The notes beneath the pieces were generated by a model that searched no databases, was not told the origin of the DNA, and was given only the letters and a program-made list of their open reading frames with translations. A stretch of DNA of 52,361 nucleotides from an uncultured Gammaproteobacteria bacterium (GTDB lineage Bacteria; Patescibacteriota; Patescibacteriia; Magasanikbacterales; GWA2-37-8), in contig CAZPCV010000002.1 of the NCBI GenBank assembly GCA_964585245.1, positions 1-52,361 of the forward strand, written 5' to 3'. The number at the start of each line of letters is the position of its first letter. The stretch's first letter is position 1. A program made the position numbers and the translations under genes. Positions 29,206 to 39,557 of the stretch are shown here, in pieces.

Positions 29206-30939
29206 TTACCAACTTCCGCCGCCTCCACCACCGCCACCAGAACTACCGCCACCCGAAGATCCGCTACGGCTGCTTGGAGCGCTATTTAAAGTGGCAGTAG
29301 CTTGCTCAGAAAAACTATGTAGGCTAGAAGTAAACGTTACCGCGGTAAAAGCAGATAGCCGATTGCTCTCGTACCAATTAGGTGTGCTGATCGCTAAATC
29401 CTTAAATTGAGCAGCCCACTCTTTTTCAACTCGAAAAGCAATCGCATAGGGCAAAAACTTTTCAAACATCTCCGGCTTCACGGTGGGTGAATTAAAGAAT
29501 TTTAGCCGTTCAGCCTCGGTCACCGACAGGAACAACTTAAAACCCAGCGCCGCTTCTTTGGCCAAAATACCAGCAGTGGAATAGAGCGGAGCAAAAGTCC
29601 AATAAAAACAAAATATCGTTAACCCTGACAATTCTATTCCGACAAAATTAATCCATGAGGCTGAACTGGCCCTGAAACAAAACCAAAATATACCGACTAC
29701 CATTAACACAACACCCCCCGCATTAAACCATACCCCTGTCATACGGGGATTTTTGGAATAATACCCCTTTTCACTTAAACCTGCTTCTATCTGTTCTCTA
29801 ACGGTATTCATGGTGGTGTAAAATTTTTCCTTAAGCGAGGCTAATTTAACTACCTCCCCCAGACGAAATAATTCCGTGAACAACGTTCTTTCATACGCTG
29901 TGGTCAAAGTTGATCCATCTTTTAGCCGAATAAATTCGTACTCTGAATGTTCTGCATCTTTGCCCGTATCTTTAATCTTCAAAAAACCGCGGACAGCCAA
30001 ATCAATCAGTGTGGCAACTGCATCCTCATTATCGGCATCTTTATCTACCAGCGCCCCCACCTCACCGGGCAATAAACCCTGTGGCGGTTCATACTCCGCA
30101 ATAATTACGCCGCGCCCCCTAGGTTCACGGGCGATCACGAACCATCTCGTCATAAAAAAAATAGCCAGTAAGGGTGGGAGTAACAGCCATGGGTTATCGA
30201 TAAAAAAATCCACCATTGTTCGCAATCGCGACGGAATATTGACAACCCCCTTGGGCCATCCCGCTACAACGGTAAAACCTTCTCCGGCAGCCAGCGGAGC
30301 AAGGTTTTTAAAAGTTATACCCTCCGGTGTTTTCTCAATAGCGCACGCAGTAGTAGTAGAGCCATACTCTCCGACATAACAGGCAGGTTCGCCGCTGCTT
30401 GATACCTCTGCTGGGAGTCGTAAACGCACTGCTACGCGGCCAATCGGTACCGGCCATTCAGTGCCGATCGCATTCCAATACAGCTCATCGTGGTCAGCAA
30501 AATACCCCAGCGCCCGCCCTACTGTATAGGCAATACGATAATGATGCTGCCCGCTAATCAAAATGTTTTTATCACCAATTTTTACAGAGGCCTTGCCATC
30601 GGCATACGAGATGGTGTAAGGATATTTTTTTCCGCTCTCATCAGTAACGCTGGTAAATTTCAAACGCAAAGCGAACCTTTCGCCATGCCTCCCTTTGTAC
30701 ACTACCGGTATAAAACGAAAAATCCCATGCTTTGATTCAACCCCAAAATCATAGTCAATATCCTCCACCACCGAAATCGTGCTGTCGGTAGCGACGGTTA
30801 TGGTCACTCCATAATTATTTATTTTTTCTTCTGTCGCACTGCGCAGACTGTCTTCGGTTTGTGCCCAAACTCCCGAAAAACCAATTATGGTTCCCGCGAT
30901 GATGAGAACAAAAACAAACCTATTAAAGATACTCTTCAT
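29206..30939 (-). CDS. DUF2207-like membrane protein with poly-Gly C-terminal tail
   Basis: Start is set at ATG (MKSIFNRF...), which gives a signal peptide. The ORF-track start is a TTG 6 nt upstream. Architecture: extracytoplasmic N-domain, a central helix cluster, then the tail SGSSGGGSSGGGGGGGGSW, as I recall for DUF2207. Confidence 0.6.
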   Translation of the reverse strand: MKSIFNRFVFVLIIAGTIIGFSGVWAQTEDSLRSATEEKINNYGVTITVATDSTISVVEDIDYDFGVESKHGIFRFIPVVYKGRHGERFALRLKFTSVTDESGKKYPYTISYADGKASVKIGDKNILISGQHHYRIAYTVGRALGYFADHDELYWNAIGTEWPVPIGRVAVRLRLPAEVSSSGEPACYVGEYGSTTTACAIEKTPEGITFKNLAPLAAGEGFTVVAGWPKGVVNIPSRLRTMVDFFIDNPWLLLPPLLAIFFMTRWFVIAREPRGRGVIIAEYEPPQGLLPGEVGALVDKDADNEDAVATLIDLAVRGFLKIKDTGKDAEHSEYEFIRLKDGSTLTTAYERTLFTELFRLGEVVKLASLKEKFYTTMNTVREQIEAGLSEKGYYSKNPRMTGVWFNAGGVVLMVVGIFWFCFRASSASWINFVGIELSGLTIFCFYWTFAPLYSTAGILAKEAALGFKLFLSVTEAERLKFFNSPTVKPEMFEKFLPYAIAFRVEKEWAAQFKDLAISTPNWYESNRLSAFTAVTFTSSLHSFSEQATATLNSAPSSRSGSSGGGSSGGGGGGGGSW

Positions 30940-31013
30940 AACCAATTTCTAAACAAAATAGAACAACTACCTTTGGCTGAGATAAGCTGTTTTATGGCAT
31001 TTACCGTGTACAC

Positions 31014-31068
31014 ATAAAAAAAATCTCGATCTACCCCTGGTCTACGGAGACTAGCAGTAATCGAGATT
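31014..31068 (-). terminator. Intrinsic terminator after the TPR gene
   Basis: A 9-bp stem AATCTCGAT/ATCGAGATT (31022-31030 / 31060-31068) encloses a 29-nt loop with a small inner hairpin. It is followed on the minus strand by a run of 8 T. Confidence 0.55.
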
Positions 31069-31171
31069 ATTTTTCCTCCTCTTGAAGTTATTATACAGGA
31101 TAAAATGGACATTAAAATACCTGCTGTGGATAACTTTGGTCTGAATAAAATTGCCGATGGCTAGCAAAAAA

Positions 31172-31867
31172 CTATTTAGCCATTTTCAGTTTCGTTTTTA
31201 ATTCAGCTACAATTTCTTTATACCCACTCTCGTTAGGGAAGCTTTTGACCAACACCTCATATTCTTTCAGCGCCCCGGCGTAATCAGCCGTATTCCTCAA
31301 ATACGTCCCTCGCGCCCATACTACCGTCAGCTTGTTTCCTACTTTTGCCTCTGCTTCAGCATACACTGCCAAGATGTCGGCCTTTGATTTCTTTACTTTA
31401 TAAATATATAAATCGGCCAAATACAGATAGGGGCTTTCATCTAAAGGTGAGATAGTACTAGCTGCGCGATAATATTTTTCTGCCTTTTCAAAATCATTCA
31501 TGGATTCAGCTACCTTGCCAGCATTTAAATAAAATAAAATATTATTTTGGCCAAAGCGCTCTATTCCATCTTGAAAAACGAGTAGGGATTTAGCCAAGAA
31601 ACGCTGATCCTGTAGCAAATCACCAATACCCTTCCATGCTATAGCCGCCTGCAAATATCGGGCCGGCTGATCAGGTTCAGTTTTAATTTTGTGCTCGGCA
31701 GCCTGGGCCGCTTCGTACATTTTTTTCACCTCCGGCTTATTTTTTACCGTATTAAACAATGCCCTATCGGGATTAAAAATTATTCCCTGCCAATATAATA
31801 CAGCCAAAACAGCAAAAACCAACGCCGAAGCCAACCCACCTAACCAATAATGCTTTATTGAAAACAT
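31172..31867 (-). CDS. Membrane-anchored TPR-repeat protein
   Basis: 231-aa ORF with an N-terminal hydrophobic helix (GGLASALVFAVLAVLYW) followed by TPR-like repeats (AEKYYRAASTISP, YLYLADLYIY). Confidence 0.65.
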   Translation of the reverse strand: MFSIKHYWLGGLASALVFAVLAVLYWQGIIFNPDRALFNTVKNKPEVKKMYEAAQAAEHKIKTEPDQPARYLQAAIAWKGIGDLLQDQRFLAKSLLVFQDGIERFGQNNILFYLNAGKVAESMNDFEKAEKYYRAASTISPLDESPYLYLADLYIYKVKKSKADILAVYAEAEAKVGNKLTVVWARGTYLRNTADYAGALKEYEVLVKSFPNESGYKEIVAELKTKLKMAK

Positions 31868-31883
31868 ACAATAAAAAATTAAA

Positions 31884-34130
31884 TTATCTACTTTCTAAAT
31901 GATACGTTTTGATAAAATTATTCACCTCTTTCGAAAGCGACGAATCACGGCTTAGTATATCTTGTGCCAAATGCAACGCCTCTGGCTTATTGCCAGCCAA
32001 GGCATAGGCCGTAGCAAGCTTAACCATCCATTGTATATTATCTGGGTTTGCTTCGTGCAATTTTTTATAACGGGCTACTACCGTCGAATATTCTTTTTGG
32101 CTTGCATACAAATCGATCAAGAACAATTCTTGTGACAAAGTCAGACTAAAATTTTTTGCCTCTGCGGTTTCAATTGCCCGAATAGCGTCGGTAGTTTTAC
32201 CTTGCCCGGCATAGGCAACTCCCAACAACCAATGACTTAATCCAACCTCTGAATCTGCTTCGATTGCAATTGTTTGGGTGGCTATCGCTTTCTCAAAATT
32301 CTGCCGCTCGAGATACAGCTTCGTAAGCAGGAACAACACTTCTTGCTTATTCGGAGAAAGTGCTTTCGCTCTCAACAATTCTTCTTCAGCCTTAGCATAC
32401 AAGGTCGGATCATTTTTTGTTTCGCCCAACTCCTGATATAACTGTCCCGCCCACAGAGGGAAATCAATTACCTGGGGCCATCTTCTCTCGGCCGCCTCAA
32501 GGGCGGCGAGCACCAACTTGGCTGAATCGTCCGCTTTTTGTGTCAGTTGAAAATTAGGTGCCCGAGCCAATAAAGTAAACCGACGCGCCAACAAGACCGC
32601 TACTTCACCGCGCCAAAACAACGGTGTGTCTAAAGCGAGTTTGCCCTCTGTAGCCCAAGCCTGAATATCACGCTCGTTATCTGCACGAGCTAACCGATAA
32701 GAAGTACGTAACGGGATAATTGAGCCATAATAGACACTGGCTACTGTGCCCACTACTATTACCCCAATAAAGGCTCGTTTCACAGCTTCTCCGCGACCTT
32801 GCAAAAAATACCATTCGCCTCTAGGTTTAGCGTCTGAAACAAACGCACCCCCAATAAAAGCCAGCAGCAGCCACCAACCCCACAAAGAAAAACTAGTTTC
32901 AAACAAAAACAAATTCTGCACAAAACAAGCCACCAACCCACCAATTAACAACGCCCGCACATACGGAAGTCTACCTGCATCTTCGTAGTCAGCGCTAAAT
33001 ATATATTTTTTACGCACTATTATATAAACAGCACTGGTTAGAATAGCACCATACGCTGCTATGCCCGCTACACCCCCATTAATGCCGACTTCTAATAACC
33101 AATTATGCGGTTTGTCCCACACTGTTTCACTAAGCCCAAAACGCAAAAATTGTGGATTATAATACTTATTAAAAACTACTCGGTACCCTTCCCACCCCCA
33201 GCCCAACAATGGTTTCTCTTGAATGCCTTTAAGCGCAATTTCCCAGGCCATAAGCCGAGTACGAGCCGTACCGCTCGCTGGCGAAATAGTCAATAAGCGT
33301 TCTATACCTGGCATCTTAATAAAGGCGCTAGGATTATATCTCGAAACCACCCACGTACCAGCGCCCAAGATTAAAACAGATGTTACTGCTATTCCTGCCG
33401 CCCACTTAAATCGCCGCGATTGACTGAAAAATAACAAAGAACTTAGACCGATGGTAGCGCCCGCAATGACGGCCAGCCAGCTCCCTCGTGTTTGTGACAA
33501 CCAGATTCCACCTAAAAGAACTAGTATGGTTGCAAGAAAAAAATATCTACCCTTTGTTTTGGAGAGAAAAAGTCCTAAACCCGAAAGACTAAGCAGTGGG
33601 ACAAAATAAGCTGCCAAAAAAGCTGGATTCCCCACCAAACCACTAGCACGGACGGCGTCTATATTTTGCCAAGCTGCTGGCAGTACCTGTGGGAAAAAAG
33701 CTGTGATCGCAATAATACTGGCCACCGCAGCCACAACAGAAAATCCGATATACCATTCCCGGCTCGTTCTCCAGGTCTCTCTAATCAACCAATACCATAT
33801 AATAAAATGAAACCATGTAAATAAGCCTCCAGCGCGCGTCTCATTACCCCACCAGCCTAATAACCCATGCCCTGATTTCACGGTGGCGATACCATGGACT
33901 AGAAAAAATAAAATGATAGCCCATTCTAAAACACCAAATTTTTTAATTGGTACAGCATACCAACACACCCTCACCAGTTGCGCCAGCAGGGCCAGCTCAA
34001 CCAAGACCTGAAAAATCATGGTTTTACCAAAATGCCACGGGAACATGGTGGCGGGGGTAAATAATAACGGTAAAAAAAGAGTAGCTAAAATAAAGATGTT
34101 GACCGCTTTTCCCCAGGATCGATCTGACAT
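31884..34130 (-). CDS. Wzy_C/O-antigen-ligase-like polytopic membrane protein with C-terminal TPR domain (paralogue of 27078-29141)
   Basis: 748-aa ORF with many helices. Has the signature-loop motif SQTRGSWLAVIAG, the WGWEGY..FNKYYNP motif (also GWGPNNF..FNKYYNP in the paralogue), and a C-terminal TPR region. Confidence 0.7.
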   Translation of the reverse strand: MSDRSWGKAVNIFILATLFLPLLFTPATMFPWHFGKTMIFQVLVELALLAQLVRVCWYAVPIKKFGVLEWAIILFFLVHGIATVKSGHGLLGWWGNETRAGGLFTWFHFIIWYWLIRETWRTSREWYIGFSVVAAVASIIAITAFFPQVLPAAWQNIDAVRASGLVGNPAFLAAYFVPLLSLSGLGLFLSKTKGRYFFLATILVLLGGIWLSQTRGSWLAVIAGATIGLSSLLFFSQSRRFKWAAGIAVTSVLILGAGTWVVSRYNPSAFIKMPGIERLLTISPASGTARTRLMAWEIALKGIQEKPLLGWGWEGYRVVFNKYYNPQFLRFGLSETVWDKPHNWLLEVGINGGVAGIAAYGAILTSAVYIIVRKKYIFSADYEDAGRLPYVRALLIGGLVACFVQNLFLFETSFSLWGWWLLLAFIGGAFVSDAKPRGEWYFLQGRGEAVKRAFIGVIVVGTVASVYYGSIIPLRTSYRLARADNERDIQAWATEGKLALDTPLFWRGEVAVLLARRFTLLARAPNFQLTQKADDSAKLVLAALEAAERRWPQVIDFPLWAGQLYQELGETKNDPTLYAKAEEELLRAKALSPNKQEVLFLLTKLYLERQNFEKAIATQTIAIEADSEVGLSHWLLGVAYAGQGKTTDAIRAIETAEAKNFSLTLSQELFLIDLYASQKEYSTVVARYKKLHEANPDNIQWMVKLATAYALAGNKPEALHLAQDILSRDSSLSKEVNNFIKTYHLESR

Positions 34131-34186
34131 ACTAATTATTTAAATAAACATCTATTAGACCAGATTAATTTTAGCAAATTAATCAT

Positions 34187-34219
34187 AAAAAACAACCCCC
34201 TCCGGTTTCCCGGAGGGGG
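34187..34219 (-). terminator. Strong intrinsic terminator of the large surface-protein gene
   Basis: A 10-bp G+C stem CCCCCTCCGG/CCGGAGGGGG (34196-34205 / 34210-34219) with a 4-nt loop, followed on the minus strand by TTGTTTTTT. Confidence 0.8.
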
Positions 34220-34275
34220 TGCTTTAGCCTTTTGAGAGGCTATCTGCTACAAGTCTTGTTCAGACTACTAAGTTA

Positions 34276-37200
34276 TTAGTAGGTGAAGGTCTTGTATTGC
34301 AACGGAAGATCTTGATCCATGGCAGTGATGCTGGAAGTAGCATCGTCGGTCCAGACAATGTCGCTGGAACCAATGCGGATAGACAAGCTCTTTGTGGCGG
34401 CAGCGTTGGTGGTGTCCAAAACAACCCAGAACGTTCTGGTTTGACCGGACGAAATGCTGACATCGGTGAATCCGGCATCAGTGATTTCAGTGTCACCAAA
34501 GTTTTGATTGCCGCTAGCCAACCATGAAGTCGTAACCAAGATGTTGCCAGAAGCAACTGAATCTTTGTAAACCGTCAAAGCGCGGTTTGCGGTGTTCGAA
34601 ATCGTGGTTGAAAGATCGAAGTTAATCGATTTAACAGTGGCAGAATAGGTGCCTGCGTTGGCTAAGTTCGTAATAGTGAATTTAGCAACAGTCTGGGCAG
34701 CTGAACCACCAGCAGCGCCAGAAGGAGTGTCGCTACTCCAAGCAGTGACCAATTTAGCCTTGTATAACGTGGTGGTGTTGGCATAGGCAACCAAGTTGTC
34801 GGCTCCTACTCCCGGAAGGGTAACACCAGTGTTAACAACGGTCGGGTTGATAGTTACACCAGAGGAAGCGCCGGTCGAAACAACGCCCATTTGGCTTCCA
34901 GTGTAGTTCTTGAGGATGGCCAAGTTAGCAGTCTGACCAGTGGTGGCCGGAGAACCGAGATCATCATAGGTGGTGAGGTCGGCTTTCACGATAACCACTT
35001 TAGAGGTGCCTTTTGGTACTTGGAAGTTCAAACCGCTGAACACGGCGTGAGCCAAGGTACCAGTGGAGTTGGTGTTGCTGAACGACGGTACAGCCGTGCC
35101 AATCATGGCATTGTTGTCGTTGTCGTACAAGCGGATGTTTTTAACCGTACCGGTGGCAGCCGAGCTGACACGATTACTGACAACTAATTCAGTAATATTG
35201 ATAGGTTCGGTGGTGCTGGCGGTAAAGTTGAAGCGGCCAAGTTCCACATCAACAGCGCCCATCAATTGGTTGCGGGCAACTGGAGTGTTGGAATCGATCG
35301 CGACAGTGTAAGCGCCAGAGCTGGAGATGTAGTTGTATTGCAAGTTCAAAGCCTGACTAGAAACACTAGCAGAGCCACCGGTGTCTTTACCAGAAGCGAC
35401 AACAGCGTCGGCCTGGATAAGAGCGGTGCTAGCCGTGGTGAAACCAGCTTTCAAGTCCGCGTAAACGCGAATTACGTACTGAGCTCCGTTTGCAACAACT
35501 ACTGCAGGAGAAATGTTGAAAGTATAGCTGTTAGCAGTGGCGCAGCTGGTTGAAGGGTTGGAATAGGTGGTACCAAGCTGTTTGCCATCTTTGTCTTTCA
35601 ACGTAAGGTTCTGCATGTAGCTGCCGATACAGGTACCAGCTTGAGCATCTTTCAAGGTAACTTGAGAGAGTTCAACGGCTTCACCCGCGCCGGCGGTGAC
35701 TACAAACGAGCCTACCTGAACCTGGCTGGCGTTAACCGTACCATTCGGATTAGAAGAAGTACGATTACCAAACGAGGTGTCAAGAGACATCGTTACGGTA
35801 CCAGATTTAACGGTCAAGGTGTTGGCGTTCTGAGCAACCGTGTTGATGGAAGTCAACGAAACAGTGCCCTGGGCATTGCTGGAACCAGCAGATAAGCCCG
35901 TAACTACCGTGCTGTTAAGCGCAGCAGTGCCAGTAAGGTCGGCTTTAACTTCTACCGCAGCCGTAGTACCGGCTTTGATGATGAAGCTATTGCCGAAAGT
36001 GCCCCAGCCAGAATTAGCAGCACCGTTACCAGTCAAAGTACTGATAGTGCTACCAACTTGGGAACCGTTCACGAGCAAGCGAACGTTCGCCAAGGTCTGA
36101 CCAGAAGTGATGGTGGAAGATACACTCAAAGAGCTTACTTTCACATCTTCACCATTGGCTTTCCAATCGAATTTGGCCAAGGTGAGGTTGGTGCCATTTA
36201 AAGCAATGTTACCAGTCGGCGAAGTGGTCGACAAAGTCTGAGTCAAAGAACCGGAGTTAACGGTAATGTTGACGGCAGTACCACTCGAGTTTGGTTGAAC
36301 AATCGAGAAGCTGTCGGTGCCATTGGTCTTCAAGTAAACATTGTAATTTTTGTCGTAAGAAACGACGTCAGCCGCATTCTGGAGCGTGGCGCGCAAGGTG
36401 CGGGTGGTGCCGGCTACGATGTCGGCTTTCAAGCTGAGGGTCTTGGTCTGACCTTTGGTGATCAAGTATGGGGCAGCCATCATGTCAAAGGTAACGGTTT
36501 TATCCGCAGCCATATCAACTACGGTCGTACCCAACTGTTTGCTGCCATCCCAGAGCGAGAAATTCTTCACATCACCAACGTTGACAGAGCCAACGACAGT
36601 GAATTTTACTTTGCGAAGTTCTACGTCCTGGTTGCTGCTTACAGCCTGCATTCTCCAGATTTCGTAGGCATTGGTGCCAGGATCAACCGTGGTGTTAGCC
36701 GACGGAGAAACGCTGGAAATTACCAATTTACCAAGATCAGTTACGCTGGCGCTGGTGAAAATGTTACCAGTTAATGGGAACGATCCACCGACGGTGCCAC
36801 TCGCATTAGACATTACGCTCGCGGCGTCAGCCAAAGCGAATTGGAAGGTCTTGCCAGAAGAAACTTGGTTCTTGAGGTCAAGCAATACTTTGAGCGATTT
36901 CTTGGTACCTTTGGTAACCATGAAAAGGCCAGAGCTGTTGCTGAAAGTCACCATGCTATTGGTGATACTTGGGTTGCTAGCCACGACCATGCCGGTTTCA
37001 TCCTGCAAGTGCATGTTAGCAATATCGGTATCAGCCGAGATACCCATGCGTTTCAAAGCCAATGAAGTTACTTTAACATCACCACTGTTGTCAGCGGCAA
37101 CATCAAATTTCAACACTGGGATCATTGCTTGAGCACCATTGGTTCCGGCATCGGAAACGATGGTAGAAGCAAATGGATTGTCCGAAGACAATGAAACACT

Positions 37201-37971
37201 AACCGCGCCACCAGTCGTTGGGGTGGTTGGGGTGGTTGGGGCAGTTACGCCACCACTCTGGGTTTTGTCAGTAATTGATTTTACTTCAGCGTCAAGCACA
37301 GCACCCTTCATCAGACCGGCTACGGCTGAATCAGCTACTGGGCGAACAAACATGCTCTGGAAACCGTTAGCGGTCATGCCGGTAGCGGTAACTTCGCGCA
37401 ATTTGCTGTCTACGTCCACATACCAGGTTTTGCCGCCGTTTGAGACGAGCATACCAGGGTGAACTTTAGCTTCGGTAACATCCGTGCCAAGCTTGGTGTA
37501 GTTTGGCCAGAATTCATCGTTGATCACCTGTGGCTGGAAGAAATTTCCATACAAAGCTTTAGCAGCTTCTGGGGTGATCTTGGCTTTTACATTGCCCGGT
37601 TCAACGACATAAAGCTGATCCGAAGACGGACGCTTCACGACATAAGAACCTGGAGCAAAGTTAACTCCATATGGAGGGTTGGTTGGAAGACTCAAGGAGT
37701 CAAAACAAGCCATGCTTACAGTGATATAACCACCGTAAGTTGGGCGCCAACTCTTGAATACGTATCCGCTTGGGAAATATTGAACCTGGGTCTGGTTGTT
37801 AACTACGTAAATAGCTGGTTTACCGGAAACCTTGATCATGTCTCCCGGGTTTAAGGTCGGACAAACCGCAGCGTTAGCAGCGACTGGTAAGACCAAATTC
37901 AAACCGGAAAAAACGACGGTTACGGCAAACGTTACAACCGAATTCAGGATTTTGCCTAATGTTTTATTCAT
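34276..37971 (-). CDS. Large secreted Thr/Ser/Val/Asn-rich repeat surface protein (S-layer- or adhesin-like)
   Basis: Start is set at MNKTLGKILNSVVTFAVTVVFSGLNLVLPVAANA (signal peptide). The ORF-track start at 38085 adds 38 aa. Contains a PTTPTTPTT linker and at least 6 divergent ~100-aa modules, each with an F-x-[VF]-x-A...[DE]-V-x-[VL] strand pair and a G-x-x-K-x-[LV]-x-[VL]-x-[AL]-D-[LI] motif (GTKKSLKVLLDL, GQTKTLSLKADI, GTTAAVEVKADL, GAQYVIRVYADL, GTSKVVIVKADL). Has a strong terminator and a leader of about 230 nt. Confidence 0.65.
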   Translation of the reverse strand: MNKTLGKILNSVVTFAVTVVFSGLNLVLPVAANAAVCPTLNPGDMIKVSGKPAIYVVNNQTQVQYFPSGYVFKSWRPTYGGYITVSMACFDSLSLPTNPPYGVNFAPGSYVVKRPSSDQLYVVEPGNVKAKITPEAAKALYGNFFQPQVINDEFWPNYTKLGTDVTEAKVHPGMLVSNGGKTWYVDVDSKLREVTATGMTANGFQSMFVRPVADSAVAGLMKGAVLDAEVKSITDKTQSGGVTAPTTPTTPTTGGAVSVSLSSDNPFASTIVSDAGTNGAQAMIPVLKFDVAADNSGDVKVTSLALKRMGISADTDIANMHLQDETGMVVASNPSITNSMVTFSNSSGLFMVTKGTKKSLKVLLDLKNQVSSGKTFQFALADAASVMSNASGTVGGSFPLTGNIFTSASVTDLGKLVISSVSPSANTTVDPGTNAYEIWRMQAVSSNQDVELRKVKFTVVGSVNVGDVKNFSLWDGSKQLGTTVVDMAADKTVTFDMMAAPYLITKGQTKTLSLKADIVAGTTRTLRATLQNAADVVSYDKNYNVYLKTNGTDSFSIVQPNSSGTAVNITVNSGSLTQTLSTTSPTGNIALNGTNLTLAKFDWKANGEDVKVSSLSVSSTITSGQTLANVRLLVNGSQVGSTISTLTGNGAANSGWGTFGNSFIIKAGTTAAVEVKADLTGTAALNSTVVTGLSAGSSNAQGTVSLTSINTVAQNANTLTVKSGTVTMSLDTSFGNRTSSNPNGTVNASQVQVGSFVVTAGAGEAVELSQVTLKDAQAGTCIGSYMQNLTLKDKDGKQLGTTYSNPSTSCATANSYTFNISPAVVVANGAQYVIRVYADLKAGFTTASTALIQADAVVASGKDTGGSASVSSQALNLQYNYISSSGAYTVAIDSNTPVARNQLMGAVDVELGRFNFTASTTEPINITELVVSNRVSSAATGTVKNIRLYDNDNNAMIGTAVPSFSNTNSTGTLAHAVFSGLNFQVPKGTSKVVIVKADLTTYDDLGSPATTGQTANLAILKNYTGSQMGVVSTGASSGVTINPTVVNTGVTLPGVGADNLVAYANTTTLYKAKLVTAWSSDTPSGAAGGSAAQTVAKFTITNLANAGTYSATVKSINFDLSTTISNTANRALTVYKDSVASGNILVTTSWLASGNQNFGDTEITDAGFTDVSISSGQTRTFWVVLDTTNAAATKSLSIRIGSSDIVWTDDATSSITAMDQDLPLQYKTFTY

Positions 37972-38204
37972 AGATAAATTTAAAATAAATCCTTGCTCAC
38001 ATACGTACCAGCTTTCGCCGGCATCACATGAGTCAAGGTTTGTTCCGCTTCCTATGCTTTGAGGCACAGTTATCGAAACATACAACGACCAGGCAGGCTC
38101 TGTATGAGCCTTCGACCTATCGCACTGGCCAGGACTCGAATATTTTTCTCTCTCCCTGAGTCAGCCCCAAGTTATACCTAAGGCTGATTGCAGCGCTAGA
38201 GAAT

Positions 38205-39557
38205 TTATTTTTTAAATAAAGCGGAATCAATTACGGTCGTAGATGAGGGTACCAAGGTTTTTGTAGCTGATACGGTGCCTGACACCATGATGGTAACGAC
38301 CGGCACCTGTGGCGCTTGGGCAGAATCCACAGTACTCGTACTCACGATCACCTGAATATCTTTTGCTCCTACTGCTCCAGCCACCGCCTCTTTGATAAGA
38401 GGAGTTACTGGCAATACACCATTGGCTTTTTTGATAGCTACATCAGTTTCCGCAATAATATTTTTGCTGTCATTATTTACTTCTTTGATCTTGTCAACTG
38501 CTGCAGAAAGCTGATCTGAATTTACTAACTCCTGAGCTTGAGTAATTTTTTTATTCACCTCAACTGATTTTATTTCAATCGTGGTAGCCGCCGCAGTAGC
38601 CTGGCTGGCTGCCGAGGATAATTCTTTAGAAATTTTTTCCGTTTCGGCAGTGGTAGAAGAATTTTGTTTTCTGATGACTGCCTGAAAATCTTTTACCCCG
38701 GCTTCGGCTGCCTGCGCTATATTCTTTACCAGCGTAACATTTTGTTTGGAGTTATCAACGTCCGTCACAATTGAGCTGATCGCATCATTCAAAACACTTT
38801 TGGCTGCTTCTGGGGAAACCGACTGATCGTCTACTTTAGTAACAAATATCTCAATAGCTTTTACTGCAGTATCTTTGGCTAAATTAGTGGTCGCAGTAAT
38901 TTCCTTGGACAAATCAACGTTGGTGCTGCTGGCCGAGGCTAGATTACTGCTAACTTCTTGGAGGGTGCTTTTTACCTGATCCGTATTTTCTTTGGCATCT
39001 TTAATGGTATCGCCGGACAAATCTTTGTTTAAACTGTCGTTGATATGCTCGACTCCTTCTTTCAAATTGGAGACCGCTTCGGCGATATGAAAATCTTTTT
39101 TCGGATCAGCTGTATCTTTCAAACGTTTGATTTCAGTGACGCGATTCTGAGAATAGGTGATATGAGCCTGAGTGCGGACATTGCCATTGCCCACTGTTTC
39201 TGCCAGGGCCACTTTGGTTTTTTCTAAAGCAATCTTGACCGGATACAAGGTATCCCCCGGCAGAGCTTCGTTCGAAGCAGAACTGGTAGCTACCCAACCG
39301 CTTAAGCCAAGAAGCGAAACCAACACCAAAACACCAATCGGACGCACTACATTATACACGAATTGACGAGGCAAAAAAAGTGACAGCGCCGGCCACACGC
39401 GTTCAAACATCGGCACGATTTCACTGTTGGCCTGAGGCAAGGTATTGGTAATCTGCGACAACAGCAAATTACGATTGCCCGCTACCCACTCCGGGCGCGG
39501 ACTCACCTCGCCGTGGCGAAGATTTTTTAATTGATTGATGAGATTATTTTTCTTCAT
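38205..39557 (-). CDS. Single-pass membrane protein, putative anti-sigma factor (DUF5667-like)
   Basis: 450-aa ORF that overlaps the sigma-factor gene by 14 nt. Has a short cytoplasmic N-terminus, one helix (PIGVLVLVSLLGLSGWVATSSA), and a long low-complexity/coiled extracytoplasmic region. The function is inferred from gene order. Confidence 0.45.
   Translation of the reverse strand: MKKNNLINQLKNLRHGEVSPRPEWVAGNRNLLLSQITNTLPQANSEIVPMFERVWPALSLFLPRQFVYNVVRPIGVLVLVSLLGLSGWVATSSASNEALPGDTLYPVKIALEKTKVALAETVGNGNVRTQAHITYSQNRVTEIKRLKDTADPKKDFHIAEAVSNLKEGVEHINDSLNKDLSGDTIKDAKENTDQVKSTLQEVSSNLASASSTNVDLSKEITATTNLAKDTAVKAIEIFVTKVDDQSVSPEAAKSVLNDAISSIVTDVDNSKQNVTLVKNIAQAAEAGVKDFQAVIRKQNSSTTAETEKISKELSSAASQATAAATTIEIKSVEVNKKITQAQELVNSDQLSAAVDKIKEVNNDSKNIIAETDVAIKKANGVLPVTPLIKEAVAGAVGAKDIQVIVSTSTVDSAQAPQVPVVTIMVSGTVSATKTLVPSSTTVIDSALFKK

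Noticed and set aside
29206-29270. GGT/GCC-rich simple-sequence tract as a repeat element
   Set aside because: It is the coding sequence of the poly-Gly/Ser C-terminal tail of the DUF2207-like protein, not an independent repeat.
1831-33423. Numerous 60-170-aa nested or antisense ORFs in the track within the glycan and envelope genes (e.g. 2099-2503, 3755-4141, 7239-7658, 17046-17321, 21743-22147, 25245-25646, 29876-30379)
   Set aside because: All lie inside longer ORFs that carry clear family motifs. None has recognisable motifs or translation signals of its own.
34297-38062. About 20 plus-strand ORFs antisense to the large surface-protein gene
   Set aside because: They are short, overlapping, in multiple frames, and lack starts with an RBS. 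They are typical shadows of a long, compositionally biased gene on the opposite strand.
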